Shown here piece by piece: positions 47,810 to 53,221 of a DNA stretch of 53,221 nt. Below the pieces are notes generated by a model. The model worked only from the letters and a program-made list of their open reading frames with translations. It searched no databases and was not told the origin of the DNA. The translations under genes and the position numbers were made by a program. The stretch is from Hydrurus foetidus (lineage: Eukaryota): the NCBI GenBank assembly GCA_900617105.1, contig UYFQ01000007.1, forward strand, positions 1-53,221, read 5' to 3'. Positions within the stretch are counted from its first letter, which is position 1; each line of letters begins with the position of its first letter.

Positions 47810-48802
47810 ATGAAGCTGTTCCGTGCTCTTCCTCTGCATTTCCCTCTTGCTGTCACCTTGTGTGGACTGGCCTGTGCGCTTGCTGGTTCCGCCTTCGCTC
47901 AAAGCAGTGCTTACCCCAGCAAGCCCATCACCATCGTGGTTGCTTACCCGCCTGGCGGCTCTACCGACTTGACGGGGCGCACGCTCGCCACAGAGCTGTC
48001 AGCACGCCTTGGCGTGCCGGTTGTGATTGACAACGTCGGTGGTGCGGGCGGGGCGATTGGTGCGCAGAAAGTAGCCCATGCCGCGCCCGATGGCTACACG
48101 CTGTTGGTGGGGGCCAGTAACGAGTTGGCCATCAACAAATTGGTCACCAGCACGGTCAAATACGAACAGAAAGACTTCACCCCCATCGGCTTGATTGCCT
48201 CTCAACCGCTGGTGCTGGTGGCTTCGCTCAAAGCCGGTGTGAAAAACACGGAAGAGTTCATTAACGCGGTGCAAAAGAACCCCGGCAAGTTCAGCTACGG
48301 CAGCTCAGGCGTGGGCACTTCGTTGCACTTGGCTGGCGAGATGGTGAAGCAACAGGCCGGGCTGTTCATGACGCATATTCCCTACCGTGGCGTGGCGCCC
48401 TTGACCAACGACTTGGTGGGCAACAACTTGGATTTTGGCGTGTTTGTGCTTTCCAGTGGCCTGTCGCATATCCGCAGTGGCCGTGTGATTGCCTTGGGCA
48501 CGACCGAGGCTAAACGCTCTGCGGCGATGCCTGATATTCCTGCGCTGGCAGAAAACCCCAAGCTCAAGGGGCTGGACATTGGGGTTTGGTTTGCGTTGAT
48601 GGGGCCTGCCAAATTGCCCGAGCCCGTGATCGCCAAGCTCAAACAGGCGTTGGGCGATGCGCTGCAGTCACCCGATTTCCGTAAAAAAATGGAAGCCAGC
48701 AGCTCGACTGTGGCAGCCCCTGGTGTCGATCTGGCCAAGTTCCTGGTCACGGAAACAGTCAAATACAAGCGGATTGTTGATTTTGCCCATATCAAGGAGT
48801 AA
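47810..48802 (+). CDS. Bug/TctC substrate-binding protein
   Basis: YPPGGSTD, GAGGAIG, HIPYRG. Confidence 0.92.
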   Translation: MKLFRALPLHFPLAVTLCGLACALAGSAFAQSSAYPSKPITIVVAYPPGGSTDLTGRTLATELSARLGVPVVIDNVGGAGGAIGAQKVAHAAPDGYTLLVGASNELAINKLVTSTVKYEQKDFTPIGLIASQPLVLVASLKAGVKNTEEFINAVQKNPGKFSYGSSGVGTSLHLAGEMVKQQAGLFMTHIPYRGVAPLTNDLVGNNLDFGVFVLSSGLSHIRSGRVIALGTTEAKRSAAMPDIPALAENPKLKGLDIGVWFALMGPAKLPEPVIAKLKQALGDALQSPDFRKKMEASSSTVAAPGVDLAKFLVTETVKYKRIVDFAHIKE

Positions 48803-48804
48803 CC

Positions 48805-49785
48805 ATGGCGCTGTCTTTTGAACTGCTTGCCCCCGATATTTCTGCCTGGCGTGCAGGCAACACCGGGGTGGAAGGTGTATGGACATTCGACTCTGGTTTG
48901 CCGGGTCTGCACGTGATGCTCAGCGCGCTGGTTCATGGCAATGAGTTGTGCGGCGCGTGGGCGCTCAAAGGCTTGCTAGAGGCACACGTGCGCCCGCAGC
49001 GTGGCCAATTGACGTTGGCTTTTTGTAACCTTGCCGCGTTCGACCGGTTTGACCCCCACAACCACGACGCTGCACGGTATGTGGATGAAGACCTCAACCG
49101 CCAATGGTTACCTGAACGTATCGCCGAAGGTTGCACGCTGGAGCGCCGCCGTGCTGCGGCCCTGCAAGCTTTCGTGGCCCAGGCGGACTGGCTGCTTGAC
49201 CTGCATTCCATGCACGAGCGCGCTGCGCCGCTGTTGCTGACAGGCATTCAACCCCGTAATCTGGCCTTGGCCCGTGTGCTGCGCAGCCCGGAGCATATCG
49301 TCGTTGATGCCGGTCACAAGGATGGCGTCCGAATGCGGGACTTTGGCCGCTTTGGCATGCCCGATGCAGACCCCGATACGGGGCACAGCAACCACACCCG
49401 TTCGCTGCTAGTTGAATGTGGCTTCCATGGGGATCTCTCCAGCCGCACCGTAGCGCAAGACCAGTGTGTGCGATTTATGCAAGCTGCGGGCACCTTGGAT
49501 GTCTCAGCTGCGGCGAGCCTGCTGCCCGGTTGGCAACAGCCCGATGCTCCATGCCAGTGGGCGTTGGAAGTGACCGGGCCTGTGGTGGCACGCAGTGAGA
49601 AGTTTCGCTTTGCCGAGCCTTACACCGGCCTTGAAGTGATCGCCCAGGCTGGCACGGTGATTGGTTGGAACGATGGTGAGCCTGTGCTGACGCCCTACGA
49701 TGACTGCGTGCTCGTCATGCCTTCCATCCGCCAAGCGAAGGCAGGAGTGACTGTGGTTCGTTACGCGCGCAGGCGTTTGTTGTAG
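48805..49785 (+). CDS. Succinylglutamate desuccinylase/aspartoacylase (M14) family
   Basis: HGNE, DLNR, LDLHS, ECG. Confidence 0.87.
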   Translation: MALSFELLAPDISAWRAGNTGVEGVWTFDSGLPGLHVMLSALVHGNELCGAWALKGLLEAHVRPQRGQLTLAFCNLAAFDRFDPHNHDAARYVDEDLNRQWLPERIAEGCTLERRRAAALQAFVAQADWLLDLHSMHERAAPLLLTGIQPRNLALARVLRSPEHIVVDAGHKDGVRMRDFGRFGMPDADPDTGHSNHTRSLLVECGFHGDLSSRTVAQDQCVRFMQAAGTLDVSAAASLLPGWQQPDAPCQWALEVTGPVVARSEKFRFAEPYTGLEVIAQAGTVIGWNDGEPVLTPYDDCVLVMPSIRQAKAGVTVVRYARRRLL

Positions 49786-49810
49786 CCCGTCCTGCGCTGT
49801 GCCCGTGCTG

Positions 49811-50236
49811 TCAGGCGGGGATGTCCAGCGAGCAGCTGTCACCCAGCGCCTCACGCCACACCCGAACCCGTGAAACAGCCGGTTGCACAGGCTGCATACC
49901 ACCCAAAGCTTCGGCGATAAAAATACACAAATTCTCAAGCGTGGGTTTGCCCAAGCCTGCCACCTCGTCCAGCAAATGGTGGTCGAGTTGCTCGCGCACG
50001 GTGGCCAAGCGCAGCCGCAGTAGCCCTAAATCCATCACCATTCCCGTCAGCGGGTCAAGTGGCCCGCTGACAGACACCTCGGCGTGGTAGGTGTGGCCGT
50101 GGATGCGGCGGCTACCCTCGGCTTCGATGTCGCGTTGCAGGGTATGGGCCGCGTCGAAGAAGAAGCGTTGGCTGATCGTGAACAAGGGGGATAACAAGGG
50201 CGTAACCAAGGGATTCAAAAGCGCAGAGGAGGGCAT
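49811..50236 (-). CDS. queD: 6-carboxytetrahydropterin synthase-like; start uncertain (ATG 50236 or TTG 50185)
   Basis: FDAAH, IHGHTY, GMVMD, LDH, PTLEN; adjacent to queE. Confidence 0.8.
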   Translation of the reverse strand: MPSSALLNPLVTPLLSPLFTISQRFFFDAAHTLQRDIEAEGSRRIHGHTYHAEVSVSGPLDPLTGMVMDLGLLRLRLATVREQLDHHLLDEVAGLGKPTLENLCIFIAEALGGMQPVQPAVSRVRVWREALGDSCSLDIPA

Positions 50237-50259
50237 AGGGGACGAGATTATCGGATGTC

Positions 50260-50898
50260 TTACCTGATTCCCGTCAATTTGTGCGTTTGCAGGCTCAGTC
50301 GCCACTGGGGGCGTTCCATGCAGGTGGCGATGCAGTGGGCGATGTTGGCGTGCTGGTTGGGGCCGTCCATCGCTTGCAAGAACCGGTGGGGGAAGCGGGT
50401 TTGGGCTTCCAGTACGTCCAAATCCAGGCCCGGCTGCGGCCACACCACCTTCAGTTCTTGCCCTTCGCGCTGCACCCAGGGGGCACCGGCTTTAGGGCTG
50501 ATGCACAGCCAGTCAATGCCAGCCGGGGCGGGGAGGGTGCCGTTGCTTTCCACCGCAATACGAAAACCCTGGGCGTGCAGGGCATCAATGAGCGCCGTAT
50601 CGACTTGCAGCAGTGGCTCGCCACCGGTCAGTACCGTGAGGCGGTTGGCGGTGTTGCCTACAGGCCACTGTGCGGCGATGCGGTCTGCCAAGCTTTGCGC
50701 ATCCGTGAATTTGCCACCCAGCGTGCCGTCGGTGCCCACGAAATCGGTGTCGCAAAACTGGCATACCGCTGTGGCACGGTCGCTTTCGCGCCCTGTCCAC
50801 AGGTTGCAGCCTGCAAAGCGGCAAAACACCGCAGGCATACCGGCTTGTGCGCCTTCGCCTTGCAGGGTGTAAAAGATTTCTTTGATGCTGTAGGTCAT
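50260..50898 (-). CDS. queE: 7-carboxy-7-deazaguanine synthase
   Basis: EIFYTLQGEG, CX14CX2C, TGGEP, SPK, SLQTHK. Confidence 0.93.
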   Translation of the reverse strand: MTYSIKEIFYTLQGEGAQAGMPAVFCRFAGCNLWTGRESDRATAVCQFCDTDFVGTDGTLGGKFTDAQSLADRIAAQWPVGNTANRLTVLTGGEPLLQVDTALIDALHAQGFRIAVESNGTLPAPAGIDWLCISPKAGAPWVQREGQELKVVWPQPGLDLDVLEAQTRFPHRFLQAMDGPNQHANIAHCIATCMERPQWRLSLQTHKLTGIR

Positions 50899-50938
50899 AG
50901 GAGGTTTGGGGATGGGTGCTATGGAGAGCTATCTGCGA

Positions 50939-51784
50939 TCAGGGGTTTATCTCCAGATTGTCGATCAAGCGCGTGCTGCCCAGTTTGGCAGCGGCCAGCA
51001 AGACCAGTGGTTCCAGGGGCGCACCGGGTTGCAGCGTGGGGGGAAGCAAGTCGACTTGGCGGCGAACCGTCATGTAATCAGGTTGCCAGCCGCGTGCACT
51101 CAAGGTGTGCAGGGCTTGGTCTTCAATGGCGGCGATGTCATGGCTGCCCGCCTTGAGCGCGGCGGCCATCGTTCTGAGCGCGAGGGACAACTGCATCGCC
51201 TCGGTGCGTTCATCCGCACTCAGGTAGCCGTTGCGCGAACTCAGCGCCAAACCGCTTTCAGCGCGGTAGGTCTCGCTGCCCACAATCTCGGTGTTGATGG
51301 CGAATTGCTTGACCATGCCGCGAATCACCATCAGCTGCTGGTAGTCTTTTTTACCAAACACTGCAAAGCGCGGCTGCACGCAGGCGAGCAGCTTCATGAC
51401 CACCGTCGCCACACCCACGAAGAAACCGGGGCGGAAGTGGCCTTCCAGAATGTCAGCCAGCGCAGCGGGCGGGTGAACTTTGTAGGTTTGCGGCTCAGGG
51501 TAGAGCGCTTTTTCGTTCGGCGCGAACAGCACATCGCAACCGGCGGCTTCCAGCTGAGCGCAATCGGCATCCCAGGTGCGGGGGTAGGTGTCAAAATCTT
51601 CGTGCGGCAAAAATTGCAGGCGGTTGACGAAGATGCTGGCGACAGTCACGTCGCCCAGCGGTTTGGCTTGGCGGATCAGGTCGATATGGCCTGCGTGCAG
51701 GTTGCCCATCGTGGGCACGAAAGCAGGGCTTTTGAACGCGCTCATATGGCGGCGCAGGTCGTCAATGGTGTGGGCGATGTACAT
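50939..51784 (-). CDS. panC: Pantoate--beta-alanine ligase
   Basis: [30 protein letters not shown]. Confidence 0.95.
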   Translation of the reverse strand: MYIAHTIDDLRRHMSAFKSPAFVPTMGNLHAGHIDLIRQAKPLGDVTVASIFVNRLQFLPHEDFDTYPRTWDADCAQLEAAGCDVLFAPNEKALYPEPQTYKVHPPAALADILEGHFRPGFFVGVATVVMKLLACVQPRFAVFGKKDYQQLMVIRGMVKQFAINTEIVGSETYRAESGLALSSRNGYLSADERTEAMQLSLALRTMAAALKAGSHDIAAIEDQALHTLSARGWQPDYMTVRRQVDLLPPTLQPGAPLEPLVLLAAAKLGSTRLIDNLEINP

Positions 51785-51816
51785 GAGACTGAGGGTTTGA
51801 GTTCAATACGTCGAGT

Positions 51817-52626
51817 TCAATAGGTGTGCGTGTTTTCAACGGGGAAGCGGCTGGCCTTCACGTCGTCCACATAGCTTAGCGCGGCGGCTTGCACCGAGGT
51901 GCTGCCCGCCATGAAGTTGCGCACAAAGCGCGGTAGCTTGCCACCATTCAGACCCAGCATGTCATGCAACACCAGCACCTGACCGCTGCACGCCACCCCG
52001 GCACCGATACCGATGACAGGGATATTCAGCGCTTGCGTGATGGCGGCAGCCACGGCGGAGGGCACCAGTTCCAGCACCAGCATCGCTGCCCCGGTATCGG
52101 CCAGGGCCAGCGCGTGGGCTTGGAGCGTGGCGGCGGCTTCTTCGGTGCGCCCTTGGATGCGGTAGCCACCCAGGGCGTGGACGGATTGCGGTGTCAGTCC
52201 CAAATGCGCACAAACCGGGATGCCGCGTTCCGTCAAAAAGCGCACCGTCTCGGTCGTCCAGCCGCCGCCCTCCAACTTCACCATGTGGGCACCTGCCTGC
52301 ATCAGCGCCGTGGCGCTGTGCAGGGCTTGTTCGGGGGAGGCTTGGTAACTGCCAAAAGGTAAATCACCGATGACCCAGGCGCTGCGGTTGCCCCGTGCAA
52401 CGCATTGGGTGTGGTAGACCATCTGCTCCAGCGTGACGGGCACCGTGCTGGGCTGGCCTTGCAGCACCATGCCCAGCGAGTCACCGACCAGCAGGCAGTC
52501 CACGCCAGCGCCGTCCAGCACGGCGGCAAAGGTCGCGTCGTAGCAGGTCAGCATGGTGATCTTTTCGCCAGCGGCGTGCATCTCGCGCAGGCGGTGCAGT
52601 GTGATGGGTTTGCGGGTGTCGTTCAT
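51817..52626 (-). CDS. panB: 3-methyl-2-oxobutanoate hydroxymethyltransferase
   Basis: [27 protein letters not shown]. Confidence 0.95.
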   Translation of the reverse strand: MNDTRKPITLHRLREMHAAGEKITMLTCYDATFAAVLDGAGVDCLLVGDSLGMVLQGQPSTVPVTLEQMVYHTQCVARGNRSAWVIGDLPFGSYQASPEQALHSATALMQAGAHMVKLEGGGWTTETVRFLTERGIPVCAHLGLTPQSVHALGGYRIQGRTEEAAATLQAHALALADTGAAMLVLELVPSAVAAAITQALNIPVIGIGAGVACSGQVLVLHDMLGLNGGKLPRFVRNFMAGSTSVQAAALSYVDDVKASRFPVENTHTY

Positions 52627-52633
52627 GGATGTG

Positions 52634-53221
52634 TTAGCCAGTGAGGGCGTCGAACAAAGGAAGGGTGAATTCAACGTGGGGCAGGGCACCTGCGGCCAGG
52701 GCCGCGCCTTGCCAAGGAATCTGTGCCCAGCAGGGAGCGTTCAGGCGCAGGTTCAGGGCGGCGGTATTTTCGGCCAAGGCGGGCATGCCGGGGTCTATGT
52801 GGTTGGCGACCCAGCCTGCCAGGGTCAAACCGGCTTGGCGAATCGCCTGTGCTGTCAGCAGCGCGTGGTTTAAGCAACCCAGACGCATGCCCACCACCAG
52901 AACCACAGGCAGCGCGAGGGTTTGGGCCAAATCCGCCAAGGTTTCGGTGTCGTTCAGCGGGACGATGAACCCGCCTGCGCCTTCGACCACCACGCTGTCT
53001 GCCACCGATTGCAGTTGTGCAAAACAGGTTTGCAGGTGGTCAAGCCGCAGGGTGATGTTTTCATGCGCTGCGGCGATGTGCGGAGCCACAGCTTCGCGCA
53101 GCAGGTAGGGGCATACCCAATCGGCGGGGGCGTGTACGTTGCTGGCTGCATTCAGCGCCTCCACATCGTCGTTGCACCAGCGGCCATTCACCCAATCGGT
53201 GCCTGCTGCCACGGGCAGCGC
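52634..53221 (-). CDS. bioD: Dethiobiotin synthase, 5'-truncated by window edge
   Basis: [28 protein letters not shown]. Confidence 0.9.
   Translation of the reverse strand, partial: ALPVAAGTDWVNGRWCNDDVEALNAASNVHAPADWVCPYLLREAVAPHIAAAHENITLRLDHLQTCFAQLQSVADSVVVEGAGGFIVPLNDTETLADLAQTLALPVVLVVGMRLGCLNHALLTAQAIRQAGLTLAGWVANHIDPGMPALAENTAALNLRLNAPCWAQIPWQGAALAAGALPHVEFTLPLFDALTG

Noticed and set aside
49811..50898. queD-queE as part of a 7-deazaguanine DNA modification (dpd) system
   Set aside because: No dpdA/tgt-like gene; context is housekeeping cofactor genes
1..53221. CRISPR array, rRNA, prophage
   Set aside because: No regularly spaced repeats, rRNA-like sequence or phage genes seen

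Overview
High-GC betaproteobacterial chromosome segment. Gene content and order suggest Comamonadaceae, probably Rhodoferax-like (inference). From left to right: an IS50/Tn5-type IS4 transposase with its right end; msrA; a minus-strand rpiR-iaaA-gsiABCD-dmpA-dppA peptide/glutathione salvage operon; housekeeping genes (yceI, PLD/ClsC-like, yciO-like, DMT, PHP, MgtC, Bug, ferredoxin reductase, SDR, GGDEF, FlhG-like); tRNA-Leu(CAA); cysM-tusA; galU-valS. An accessory stretch (~27.8-43 kb) holds an orphan antitoxin, an HNH nuclease, a TAXI-like protein, a CHASE-GGDEF-EAL protein, a P1 peptidase, two metal/copper gene clusters separated by a J-domain gene, and a Phd-PIN toxin-antitoxin pair. The window ends with nadB/nadCA, LysR-Bug-deacylase and bioD-panB-panC-queE-queD. 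There are two main signals. (1) A ~65-bp double-palindromic repeat occurs five times. Two intergenic copies form an inverted pair around the HNH gene. Three copies lie in frame inside metal-cluster genes; two of these supply the signal peptide and one accounts for a 22-aa length difference between paralogs. (2) Both metal clusters are headed by paralogous Cys-rich, KPP-terminated leader ORFs. After one of them, an anti-Shine-Dalgarno helix begins at the stop codon, which suggests metal-responsive ribosome-stalling control with no transcription factor visible in the window. All product calls come from motif recognition by eye; no database searches were run.
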